Below, piece by piece: positions 25,448 through 37,826 of a stretch of 64,000 nucleotides of DNA. Both the position numbers and the translations under genes were made by a program. The notes below the pieces were generated by a model. The model saw nothing but the letters and a program-made list of their open reading frames with translations. It was not told where the DNA came from and did no database searches. Location: assembly GCA_040954595.2 (NCBI GenBank), contig CM082579.2, forward strand, positions 6,809,625 to 6,873,624, given 5' to 3'. Position 1 is the first letter of the stretch. Every line of letters starts with the position of its first letter. The stretch is from Balanoglossus misakiensis (Eukaryota > Animalia > Hemichordata).

Positions 25448-27849
25448 GACGTCACCTGTATTTTATTGTTACGTTTATAAGTTCCAGCTCCTTTAAGAGA
25501 TAAAGGATAAAAGTGGGGAAATAGTTGCTGTGTTTAATAGAGGTATCAGCATTAAAGTAACCGTTATTGCGCATTAAAGCCCCAATTACTCCAACTTTTG
25601 GTTACTTTTCATGAGTTTTTCCATTGTGGCATTATCAAATTCGGTTTCTTGGTTTAATCTGGTCAGTTTTTAAAATCTTTAACATTTCAATAAAGCGTGT
25701 GTATGAATAACATCCATTGTTGACAAACAAATTCAAGTCCGCCGGCTTTAATTCCTTTGTCACGGTGTTGATTACTACAACAGGAATGTGCAGAAAAACA
25801 AAATAATGTGAAATAACGGAAATTAAACTCACCAATGACACTTTTAAATACATAAAACCAGATTGAAGTAATCTATATAGCGGGAGAAATTCCTGCAAAT
25901 TGGAGAAACATAGTATGGCGTTAGTAGGGGGATGATAAGGAAACAATACTCATAATACAATGTAATAAAACTTAATAAAGAAATAGATAATAATCTTAAT
26001 CGGAATAATGAGTGCATGGGATTTCAACGAAATTTTCACTCTAGTTGTAGTTTTAGGCACGAAGACTAATTCTGGGGTTTATTTTGGGGATGTATTTATA
26101 AGTTGGGTGTCCTTTCAAAACAAAGGAACTGCGCGTGCGCAAACAGGCAATGACCTGTCTGCTGACATAATCAAACTACAAAGATCATATTAGATCATAT
26201 TAAATATAGCATTTAAGGTTATTTACACCGATCGATCGATGCATTCCTGGTGACTATCGATCCTTTTAACAATTATTTAGACAATACCATTCCACTACGG
26301 TAACGTTTTACTGTCTTTGTGGCGTGATCGTATACATTGTTACGTACTGTGACGTGTTCAATTGTGGCTGGTCAAATTACTAATTAACTCAATTCACAGT
26401 GCGATTGGGTAAGATTATGACAAAAATTTCATATGAATAAATTTCGAAAACGAAAACGGAAGATGCCTTGTCTGTACTGTCAACCCGTCTCAGAAATCAC
26501 ATTAAAATTCCTATGATGATAATAATACGAAATACAATGCAAGACTTATCTTTAGCTTTCCAAACCGTGACTTTAGGTAAATAGCTGCCACTTTCATTTT
26601 ACTTGTACAATTCACACAATTTTACTTTGCCACCGTCAAACAGCCTGAGCAAGCAACTACGATTAAGTGGAGCACTCCCAAATAAACGTTTCAAACGAAA
26701 ACTCACACTGCTTTCTTCTTCATTTCTCGTTTCAGCCTAACGAACTTTTAAAACTGACTAAATTTCAATTGGGGGCCTTGGAACCGAAATGTGCACGTAT
26801 ATAGGCTCTCGCTCATTTAACTTATCAGTTATCACGGTGCCATGTGTACATAATTATTTTTTTTTCACACATCAAGTGGTACTTCAATAGAGGAATTGCG
26901 AAAATCCCACTGTTTCAGATCCTTTGGTGAAATGTCACGACAACACCTAGCATACACGGACAGAATCAGTCCTGGATCTATTGGCGTGTACTTTAAATTT
27001 CATTCGCACGACTGAGACTGACTTGTCAGTGTTGAATACACTGGGCCTGGCAGGGGTTTAACCGCTCAACCCAGTTTTGTCCAGTGTGTTAATCTATAAC
27101 GCCAATGTTACTGTCATGCATGGGCACATTTATGGACGGCCGAGATCAGTAATAAATCACCAGGAATGGCAGAAGAGTACCACGATGTGGATTTATAGAA
27201 CGGATCCGGCTCCCTATCGTGACGTGCCAATTGGCCATATTGTCAGTTCCACAACCGGTTCAGATCTTGAATGCAATTATTAAACCTGAAAATAGATTTC
27301 AGTGTTGTTGAACAGAAAGGGGCGTTTTCAAATTTGACGTTGCCTTGAATCTAGTAACTGTTGGCCCGTATTCAGTGCGGCAGCACTGACAGAAAATTTA
27401 TTGTCAGACTCGCAGGTTGAAATGTTCTGCAACCATGGGCTCAAACATTTTGTACTGCTTTCCCCGTTCTCTATACCGTAGCCCGTACTACTAAATGACG
27501 ACACAATTGAAAGACGAGCTTGTCACAATATTCTTGAAATAAACTGTTTTCAACCATTTTTGTACATACACCCCCATGTGTTATGTTATGGGTGTCGTCG
27601 GGCGATTTTTCCTGTTTGTTGTGAGCAACCCTGGAGTAAACTATCCTCCCATCACTGAAAAATGCTAATGAAGTATCTGAAACTGTGTTAATCACTTTCG
27701 AACGACGGACTTACCCCGTGCTCATAGCTTCATACATGCCTTTCCTCTGCTGGCCTTATCGCTTGTCACATACTTAGCAAAAGCAAAGGAGAACTCGCAT
27801 TCGATATCAGGGGGTAACACAGTCATTATACATAGACTATGAGGTCTAC

Positions 27850-27950
27850 TACTCGGACATTAGCGCAGCGCATCGCCCTCCACTACGCGTCGGGCGATAC
27901 TTGGAGCTAATGTCCTCGTGCATACTTTGCGGTATTTTCGTAATAACCTT
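27850..27950. mobile_element. Dispersed hairpin-containing repeat; second copy in opposite orientation at ~44878-44965
   Basis: Its reverse complement shares AAAATACCGCAAAGTATGCACGAGGACATTAGCT and a downstream GGAGGGC.ATGCGC with the otopetrin B intron copy. It has nested inverted repeats GGACATTAGC/GCTAATGTCC and ATCGCCC/GGGCGAT. Confidence 0.6.
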
Positions 27951-28228
27951 ATTATTATACATCTTACATCTCCGTTAGTTCTTGTGTTGCATGTTACTTG
28001 GCTTTCAAAACGCTCAAAATGCCGATACAAGCGATCGAAAACCGCTCAGTTGACTCAGTGAGCAGCCATCTTTCTTTTTTGTTTACGTGCGTTGGAGAGT
28101 GGGGGTGTCTTGAAACCGTCCGCATAACAACGCATAGACCTGTACACGGTGAGTTGGGGCGCCTTGAAACTAAAGACCTATTTAACGCTCGTTCCGTACG
28201 TACCCTTCCGTACGGCTTTTTATCGCAC

Positions 28229-28277
28229 CATGGAGTTACTAGAGTACTAGGTACTAGAGTACTCTAGTACCTCCATG
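28229..28277. mobile_element. 49-bp palindromic micro-insertion with a perfect 7-bp target-site duplication
   Basis: ATCGCAC|CATGGAG...GGTACTAGAGTACTCTAGTACC...CTCCATG|ATCGCAC: 7-bp inverted ends, an internal perfect 22-bp palindrome (28250-28271), and identical flanks at 28222-28228 and 28278-28284. Confidence 0.65.
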
Positions 28278-28974
28278 ATCGCACGCAGTGTTTTCAGGGT
28301 GTGATCAAGTTTATCAATCAAAAAGGCCATTTCAGAATCATTCGACGAATTCATTAGCTCTGGAGATTTTTATAATCAAACAAGTTCATTGAATACGTAA
28401 ATTGATTTGGAACTATTATTTTATGCGCATAGCGCCGAACTGCCAAAATCAACATATCGGAACGAAAAAATATTGCGTCGTTGTATATGAAGCTATTTCA
28501 AAGTCATTCACTGCTGCATGTATAACCTACCTTCTTGAAGCGAACGATTTCTGTTTGTATCGTTTTACTCCATCGCTACGATTTTTATTCAAAATGAACC
28601 GTGACATTCAAATTACTTCTGTTAACTGGTGAAGCTTCGTGTCATTGCTACATCAGATATAAAAAATAAAAACGTATAGTAGACTATCGTATTAAAAAGA
28701 ACCTGCATGCGCACCTGCCACCTCAGACCAGCATTGTTACACATGCTACAGCAGACCACTACGTTGACACATATAAATATTGTTAATACCTGCCACCTCA
28801 GACCAGTCACGAGTGTGGCCCGCAATATAAACCTGCCACAACAGACCAGTGTACTAGACATGCGCCATCGGATATATTAGCCTTCACGGGGGTGGATTCT
28901 TAACAACTCGACTTGCTTGGAATCGAAGACAGACCCACAACACAAGTTAACGTAGCAAGAAAATCACCAACACG

Positions 28975-29122
28975 GACAGACAGACAAACAAACACACTTG
29001 AAACAAACAAATAAACAAACAACAAACAAACTCCAAAAACAAACAAAAAATAAATAAATACAAACCAAGAAACCAACCAACAAACAAACAAATAATCTAA
29101 TAAACAAACAAACAAACAAACA
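28975..29122. repeat. Degenerate (CAAA)n microsatellite
   Basis: Directly visible. Confidence 0.85.
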
Positions 29123-29945
29123 CGTTTAAGAAAGTACTACGTGCGCTGAAATGAAAGCAGTCTTTTTAAGCATCTGAAATATGGATTGACATTCAGCTCC
29201 TACATGAAGAATACACCAGATAGAGTACCATTCATGCAGGATGTACGTCTGGGCATGGATAGAGTCTGACTCCGGATGCCGTTGTTAAATTTCAGCTTTT
29301 CATCAGCTTTCCATCATTCCAACTTGGCTTTGGCACGATACATACATAATATTTGAGCTCAACCTCTTGCACCTTTCCAAATGTGTGATCATAATATTAC
29401 CATTCCATTTTCAAGGGTTGGGTTTTACTACGGCCTCGGGAAATAGCATGTGATTCTGGTAACTCACAGCCCCTCGGGGGAAATAAATAAACGGTTGCTA
29501 TGGCCCTCATGGCCAGGCAATACGTGTTCAATATAAGCATGATTGGAGTTGGCGTGTTCCAGATTGGTGTGATCGCGTTGGTTCACAGCAACTATTGAAA
29601 GTACAGCCAAACCAAACATTCGATATGCAGCGAAAGATAGGACGAAATTAATTAATATTTATTGAGACTTAGAACTGACATGAAATACAGACACAAAACC
29701 ACAAAACATACGCGACTATATACAGACCTAGTAAGGTCTGTATATACATGTAAGGCCGTTTGGAACACATGGTGCATTTGCTGAAGGCAAATTAACATTA
29801 GTGCAGTTTGACCATATTCAATGGCTTCTATTTGGTTCTTTACACACAGGAGCTGAGATGAAAGTCAGTGGATGTACAGTTGCTCCATACAGTGGAGGTC
29901 CACAACGAGTGTGCATTGTGATCAATTATAGAAACATCTAGTGTT

Positions 29946-30319
29946 CTAACAAAAACCTGTGCTCCAGAACCCCCCGTACAGTTGTGGGTCGCACTTCGGA
30001 TCATCGTCTGTCCACATCGGCGGAATCGAAATTTCTCGGTATGTTTGCAGCTTGTCGTGCAGGATATCAACTATTATGGGATGCTCAGCAGCTACGTTAT
30101 GCTCTTCGTATGGATCAGCTGAAAACGAGACACAATCATCAGTAAGGTCATATTTGACGAAGACGACGGTTCTCTCTTATAACCATATCATATATTGTTA
30201 TCAAAAGGGACAACGCACTGACCACGCACCTCGCAAGTTAAACAGCCATGTTGTGGTATTTGCTGCAGGAAGAGCTTCGACATCTTCTTTGCCATTGCAT
30301 GGTGGCCTGTACCAATCAA
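29946..30319 (-). pseudogene. Orphan 3' exons of an arylsulfatase B/I/J-like gene (gene fragment, or the end of a gene whose 5' exons lie elsewhere)
   Basis: Exons 30319-30230 and 30118-29946, joined by a GT-AG intron, give DWYRPPCNGKEDVEALPAANTTTWLFNLRADPYEEHNVAAEHPIIVDILHDKLQTYREISIPPMWTDDDPKCDPQLYGGFWSTGFC*. This matches the arylsulfatase-B-type C-terminus (WLF.I..DPEE..DL...P.IV..L..RL.......P....DP.CDP...G.W). I recognised no catalytic CxPxR exon in the window. Confidence 0.72.
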
Positions 30320-30990
30320 CTGCATATGAATGAAAAGTCCATGTGTGGTCATCGTATGAGTTCCTTATTGATTTGATGTAAGTATTTAATGGATTTTTAC
30401 ATCAAAAAGAGAATTACTGTGCAACTGATGTATGTATTCTTGAAAGAGAAACGTTTACATCTGGGTTCCATCGGCAGAGGGAGCTGTACAACTCGCCACG
30501 ATTTTGCCATCTTTATATACAGCTAATTACAACGTTAGTTGTTTCATAGAGTACACTGAAATTGGTAATTGGTGAATTATGATACTGCCAGAACTATTCC
30601 GGCCTGAAGACAAGATCTAGTTCGACTGTACTGGGTCAGGTGATGTGTGTTGGGAGAATGAAATGATGTACGATGGGGGGGGGGGGGGGGGGGGGCTATT
30701 CCTCTGAAAACAATCATTAAAGCCCCATAGCTGCTGAAGTTGGGCATGCAAGATTGTAACTGCATGCGGTGACCTAAATAGTTTCTTTCGTTTTGCTGCG
30801 CATTTTGCAGGGTCGAGTAATCCGCATTCCCTGAGTGTTTGTATGAAAAAAATATGAAGAATGCATATTGGGTGTTCATAGTGGATGTTCAATGGTACTT
30901 GACAGTTTCCGATTTTGACGAAACACTTATAAACAACTTTCGTTTTGGGGAATTCGTTTGCTGATACGTGGAATCTACGTAATCGACGGG

Positions 30991-31000
30991 GGGAATTCCC
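30991..31000. promoter_or_regulatory. Perfect palindromic NF-kB-type site GGGAATTCCC upstream of the SPRY-NHR-ARM-ART gene
   Basis: Exact consensus match ~1.3 kb upstream of ATG 32308; function is untested. Confidence 0.3.
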
Positions 31001-32307
31001 GTTCATAAAATCAATATTAGTCAACCCGGAAATTCTGCATGCATTGAGACAGCAAACCTTGCAGTTGCAGAGTTGAACCATTCCCTGCTTAGTTTTTATG
31101 AACGCAGTGAATTATAACGTTTTCGAGCTGTAATCAAGGTAGGTGGGCTGGATATGGGGATCTATGTGTAGCAATGGCGAACTGTACATCCCAGATGCGA
31201 GACGGAATTGGGCTAAAAGCACTGAACCATATGGGTGTAGGCCTACCAAAGACCTGGTCATAAACTGAAACTGATCGAGTGCGTGTAGTGCGCACGAGTT
31301 GAAAAGCTGTCATTGTCACGAGTTCAACATAAGGGTATTTTCTACACTATATAGACTTAATTACTTTCGGTTTGTTATATGTGGGTCATACGTTGTGTTT
31401 TCTTGGAGGAAGTGATGTGTTTTAACATTGTATTATTGCTGTAAATCGACAAATGCAGTAATTTAGATGTTAGAAATTTCAAACAAACATGTTTTGTAGT
31501 CCAGACGCGCTCAAGAACCGCCTGCATGTTGATTCGCTGTGGTGTAATTTCAGTGTGCGCACAGCATGTGACCATTTACTACATTGTAATAGTATGTGGG
31601 ATGTAATAAATGTGCGTATACGTCACACCCCTAGAACTCAGAAGCCATTATGCGCAGGCGTGTTGGCGTTGCAATAAACCTATTCTCGAGAAGGGGGTCA
31701 TATTTCCATCGCGTATCAAATATTCCTGATATTTTCGAAAATCCTTTGTCAATACCACCGTGTTTATTGAACACTGCGCTATGCATCATCATGTCTTCAG
31801 GCTGTGACATTTTACAAAACTGTTGATGAACGGAACGACACATTGTTGATGTCTGCGTTTTTTTGCTATGTACGCACGTATTTGCTGTAGGCAGCTGTGT
31901 TGGCGGCCACAGTTCGCAAAACATAATGAAGTGCCCAGCTTCACCTGATGTCAGTGGACAGATGAGTTACGATATGATTAATATTTGCTTTGCCTGTTGC
32001 ACCGCCCATGCACCCACTGTTGTCCTGGGGGTCACATGGCAAGCCTCACCAGTTTACAGTTTCGTGTACAGTTTTAAAGTGTTATGAAGATATGGGTGTT
32101 TACAAGCGCTGGGAGCTCGTTGCGCATACACTCAGTTTTCGGTTTCATTTTGGGCGAAGAACATTACGAAGAAAAACACATTTACTGGCAGAACAATTAT
32201 AAAGTGTGACGACAAAATAGAACTGTAGTTCCAGGAGTGTGTATAAACTTAATCAAGTTCGTAATCGTCATCTTCCAGGTTGTACCTCGATTCTACTGAA
32301 AACGAAA

Positions 32308-35300
32308 ATGGGGAATCTTGAATCGGAACTGGCAGGAATGCACGGCGCGGGCTTCAACGGGATGACGCATCCCGCCATGGCCGCCCAGGAACGACGGCGC
32401 AATCTCGACAATCTGATCATGCATCAGGCTCTGCTGCGAGCCCTGTCCGAGCTGTCCGACGACCAGCAGTCCATAACACCGGAGCAGCGCGAACACGCCT
32501 GGGACCCGGAGGACTGCTCGTCGAACTTCCGAGTGCTAGCCGACCGCGTCACCGCCAGACGGGGCGAGCAGCCGATGCGCACCGATCTCATACGGGGGAA
32601 GAAAGGCTACCGGGTGGGCAAGCACGTCTTCGAGATCCACTGGCCCGTCGACGAGAGGGGCTCTCACGCCATGATCGGGGTGTCGACGCCGGCGGCCCCG
32701 ACGGGATGCATCGGCTACACGTATCTCTTGGGAGCTACGCCGGACTCCTGGGGATGGAGTCTGGTCGACAGGAAGATAGCCCACGGAGGTCAGATCAGGG
32801 GAACGTATCCCCCTGGTAAACCCGACTTTCAAGTTCCCGCCACTTTTTATGTCATTCTGGACGCCGACAACGGAACGCTTAGGTAAGACGGAGACTGCAT
32901 GAGGTAACAAATCTAACATTAAAAGGTACACGGTTACCCATACAAATTACAATGGCAAATTTAGATCTAGTCAATCACAATTTTTCAGTGTTGGCACACG
33001 CGAAGGAGAGTGCCACCATGTGTTCTTCAGAACACTCAGATACGCCATTTTAGGCATTCTCGACAAAAAAATCTATCTCACTCCCAGTGGTGTGTTTTGC
33101 TGTATTTCATTCCTGCTTCCAAAAATAACGGATGTATTTTTCTATTTTCGCTCTGGTACTTTCCAACAGCTTTAAGGCGAACGACCAGAATCTAGGCGTT
33201 GCTTTCAGCAACTTGCCATCAGGCAACCTTTTGCGGCCGCTGTGCATAACTGCATGCGCCACGTGCGGTAATGGTGACGTCAGGATGAAGTACATGGGCA
33301 GTGGAGGTCAGTTGATTTTAACTCGGGTGAAGAGGTCATCATTGAGTTTGAGTACAACAGTAGATTTTTGTCGGATTTTTGAAGCTCCAAATCCAAGCTT
33401 TAAATGAACAAAATCTGGAAAAAAAACATTATGAATAGAGCAAATGAGAGAAAATTCAGTTCCACGGGAGAAACAACGCGATTTCGCCCAACAGAAAATC
33501 CAAAAAACATTTATTCTGATTCACATAACGTTTAACGTGCTAATGTGAATACCCTTCGCTATTTTCAATACTTAGGAGAGATTGCCCAGGTGACATCTGC
33601 TGGCGAACAGATCGTTTCGGTTCCTGCGCCCGCAGGCACCAGTCTGTACAAATTCCACCCAAGATGTGGCGACAACGTCGACGTCATGTACAGTGGACGT
33701 GTAGCCAGGCGACGAGAGTACGTTATACCAATATTTTGTTCGTAAACTTAGTATTTTAACACGCTTATTCGAGAAATATTCTGCCTGCACTATGACATCA
33801 CTGTGAGAAAAAAATGACGACATAAAAATTTTGCTTTTAAGCGCCAGAGACACGTACAACAACGGAGTAGTGCTCACGAGGACTCCCCTGAAGACGAACG
33901 AATTGTTTGAAATCCGACTGGACACCAAGATCGGAAAATGGGCGGGAAACCTGGAGATCGGCCTGACCACGAACTCCCCCGAGACGTTCGAGTATTTCCC
34001 CGCGGCGATGACGGACTGTAAGACGGGCGTGACGTTGATGTGGTCTGGCTGCAACGTGGCGAAAAATGGCAATAAAGTGGCAGAGCTGAGCAAAGACCTC
34101 GACGATTGCACGGTGAGATTGTCTCTCTTTACTATATTTACAAACACATTATGTGAAGACAACTACAGAACACGTGTCTCTGCTTTTGAAAAGTTGAAAT
34201 TTGTAGTGAACGAGAGCAACGATAAAAGTGGTTTTCATCATCTATGTAGTGACCCACCCAACACCTTGTTCGAATAAATATGAGCAGACCATGAAAATTG
34301 AAATCTTGAAGGGACGAATTTAAAACCCATTTTTGTAATATCGTTCAGATCGGCGACAGAATTGGCATCGTTAGGAAAGAAGACCGGTCGGTCCATTTCT
34401 ACTTCAACGGCCGTGTTCTACCGAAAGCCGTTCGACTGAAGAACAACCCTGAAACCGTGTACGGCGTTGTGGATATATTCGGGCAAGCGGAGCGAGTAAC
34501 AATCATAGGTAAGGCGTCGTTAAAAGCCGTGTGTAACTTACACCATTAATGTATGCTAGCGGGACTGTAGGTTTTACATTATTTTTCATTTGCTAATTGA
34601 AGATGAACTTTTTCTTTATCACGATACATTGCCAGTATAATGAGACTATTTTGTTTTGTGAAATTGTTTTAGTTCAATCTGTTTTGTTTGTCTTCCTTGC
34701 TGTGCACACTAGAGGGTGGGACAGTGCCTGCCTCTGCCACACAAACTTCGGAGACCCAGGGGCAGGCTGCAGGGGCGCCTGTGAAAGAAGAAGCCATCGG
34801 CAACGACCCGAACGCCATCATGTTCAAAATGAGAGACACCATCGACAAACTCCGAGACGGGAGCTTCCCTGACATGCGCATCGCGATCCAGGACGTTGGC
34901 ACCAACATCACGCAGCCGTACCACGGCACGGAGGACAGGAAGATTCGCCAGCGGTTCGGCGATCACCTGGCAAACATCGGCGGCGCCCAGGAGCTGACCA
35001 AACTCCTGGTTCGGCTGGATGACATGGGCATGGAGACGCCGATCGCCTGGGCGGGGATCAACCTGGTCCGCAGCACCTGCTGGAACTACTCCGACTCCAG
35101 CTTGAAGATCTGCAAACAGTTTGGCCAGAGCGGTCTGCTGAGACGCATGCTCAGCGATCTGGATAGGTACGGGCCTGGTCCGACCAGGAACGAGGTACGT
35201 CAACTTCATTGTATGCCATGGCATGCAGCCAAGGGTGTTTGTTACCCTTTCTATTCAGTTCGGTGGTAGGTTTCTTAGACGGCAGTAAGATATGCCCCAA

Positions 35301-37826
35301 AACTTTCAGTGATGATTTAACGGTCTGGGATTCGGTGAAGAAATGGCCGTTTAGTAAATATGGACACGTCCGTATTTCTTTCAGAAACGGAGGTATCTAG
35401 TCGTGTCTTCCTTGAATATACTGCACAACTGTGCTAAAGCGACGGAAAACCGACAGCTGTATCAGGACCTGCGTGCCATCGAGCGGATCGCCCCGTTTCT
35501 GAAATCTGGAGACATGTCGGTGGCTTCCAGCGCCCTCTTGACTCTCTCCTACATCGTTGAAGACGACAAAAAGGAACTACTCGAGGCCGACCAGGCGACA
35601 ATCGCTTTCCTTCTCACGCTTCTCGGCAGCGCCGTGGACGACCCGGCACTGCGGGGGAAATCCGAAGACGGAACCTTCTCCGCGCTGGAGATCGCCATGG
35701 GCCTCGGCAACATAGCCATCAACGACGCGAACAAAGCCACCATGGTCGAAGGCGGGTGCATCCCGCTGTTCGTGAAACTGCTGCAGCGAGGCGGGCCCAC
35801 CGAACTGGAGTGCAGCGCCAACGCGCTTTGGGCGCTGGCGTCGGTGGAGTCCAATAAACCCAAAATCAGGTCCGAACCCCAGGCCATGGAGACCCTCAAA
35901 AAGTTGTGTGGCCATAGCAACGATGCCGTGAGGCAGTCAGCCGAGCGTCTGTTGATGGTGTTGAGACCTGTTCCCATGCAGCAAATGGGTAAGTGATGCG
36001 AATGAATTTCGATGTAAGAACAAAGAGTTTTTCAGCAACAAAGGTATTGTTATCCCAGCAACAAATTGGGCGGAAGTTGGTCCTGGTGCTTTTTTCCCAT
36101 GATTCAAATTACTGTAAACGCCATATTGGAAATTCTGCCAACTTTCCCTCGTGTTTGTAAAAAATTGCGCGACTTATACATGGCGAAAGTTACAAGTACC
36201 TGTCTTGCATTTTTTTTCTTTCAGCATTTGGAATGACTGCTTCAACTGTATCACTGCACTGTGAATACAAACAGCTTTGTGCTCGATTCGTGGAGTCGTT
36301 GAAACTTTCAGGTAATTTATTCTGCGGCGCATTACGTATAGTCGTCAACAATTACATGTATATTAATGCAGAATATAGACAAGGAAAATGTACAAAACAA
36401 AATAGAAGGGAAAAACTGAAAACAAGAGCTGTATAAAGAGACTGATGAGAAATTCGACTAATCCGTTCTGTCCATACCGCAGATCATTTCTTCAACAAGG
36501 AGTATGACATGTGTTACTGCACGACCTGTCACACAGAGAGAGGAGACAAACTGTACTACACGCGGGGACAGCCAGCCAAACTATACGGGGTGCCTGTCGG
36601 CTGGTGTCGTCATGCCTTGAAGTGAGTCATAGGCCTATAGAATGTGTGACAGTCAAACATGTAAAGGAACCAAACTGGAGAGATTTGCTCGATAACACTT
36701 AATATGTCATATTCGGAATGTCTGTAGACTGTGGCGTTTCCAGGAAGTATCTGCAGGCAGAACAAATCATTCCAAAGTCACCCAATACCTTATCAATGAC
36801 GCTGAATACATGCGCCTAAAACTGCTTCACATCGTGCTGGAGCATGTACACTATACTGACAGAGCCAACACTTCCTTCTATCTGTCTTTATTGCAGAGTC
36901 CACGACCGAGCCCATGCCCTGGACGTGTTCAAGAAATGGCACATATCTTTCCACGGCACCAGACTGGACGCAGTCAGGCCAATTCTAGAATGTGGGGACC
37001 TGCTTATGCCAGGTATGTTGCATGGCAATTCAATAGTAGCAGCGATATATTGCCTCTGCTTGGCAGTTTTCCAGGATGGTGGTATCGAGTGATTTCTCAC
37101 ACCCAGCTGCATGCCCCAAGTAAAATTTCCCTCGTATATCAGTTCTAGTATTCAAGAACACCATGGCCTATCTGGTACACACATGTATGCTCTTGTCATT
37201 TTGTTATGCGATAGCATAATAGAGATGGCTACAGTCGTTTACCTGTGATGTCCATGGGGGTATTTTTTTCTCTCTCTCCAGGAAGCACTATTAATACGAA
37301 GATCTATAGTAACTTCTCTGACATCCGTTCTTACCCACAGGTGACGTCATAATGGGAGGCAAAGAGCTTGGGGAACGTGAAGGACATTTTAACCCCAAAT
37401 GGAAACCGGAAAATTTTGATACAAAACAGATTTTTCTGTCGCCGAGTATTAGATATTCCGGTCACCAAATCTACTCATTTCCAAGCGAGTAAGTAAGACA
37501 GGCAACACACAAAGCTCGTGTAATTCAACGGTGGAATTTCGACCACAGCAAAATCATCTTATATCAATATAGCAAGAATGAAATACTAGTACTACATTAT
37601 TTCTTTTTTACATTTCAGTTACACTGACAAAGTGACCAACAAAAACTACCAGGCGAGAGTGGTGTTCCAGGTGTACATTAACCCGGACAGTTACAAAGTT
37701 GGGCCGCAGACCATCGGAGCCAAGTCGGAAATTGACCCCAAGTTCGACAACCAGGAAATCGAGTGGTTCACTAAACAGCGTGGTTGTGTGATTCTGTACG
37801 GGCTCCTGGTAAAGCTTGAAGAGTAA
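32308..37826 (+). CDS. Multidomain protein (~1022 aa): SPSB/GUSTAVUS-type SPRY + neuralized homology repeat + ARM repeats + NEURL4-type C-terminal ADP-ribosyltransferase-fold domain, 12 coding exons
   Basis: Exons 32308-32882, 33170-33306, 33576-33717, 33842-34112, 34349-34508, 34713-35194, 35385-35988, 36225-36311, 36483-36621, 36897-37012, 37341-37488, 37619-37826; total 3069 nt, in frame. SPRY: HAWDPEDCS..TDLIRGKKGY..GSHAMIGV..SWGW..LDADNGTL. NHR: FHPRCG..NNGVVLT..ELFEIRLD..WAGNLEIGLT..GDRIGI..VYGVVDIFGQ. ARM: LNILHNCA, LGNIAINDANK, SANALWALA. C-terminus: CYCTTCH..GWCR..WHISFHGT..IFLSPSIRYS..FQVYINPDSY..QEIEWFTKQRG..LYGLLVKLE. Confidence 0.85.

Noticed and set aside
27471-27790. Minus-strand segments with donor/acceptor-like sites upstream of TRAF copy 2
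   Set aside because: No coherent protein results; they could be non-coding exons but this cannot be supported from sequence alone.
28713-28850. Three copies of ACCTGCCAC(CT/AA)CAGACCAG with variable spacing
   Set aside because: Too few and irregular for an array; it looks like a decayed minisatellite.
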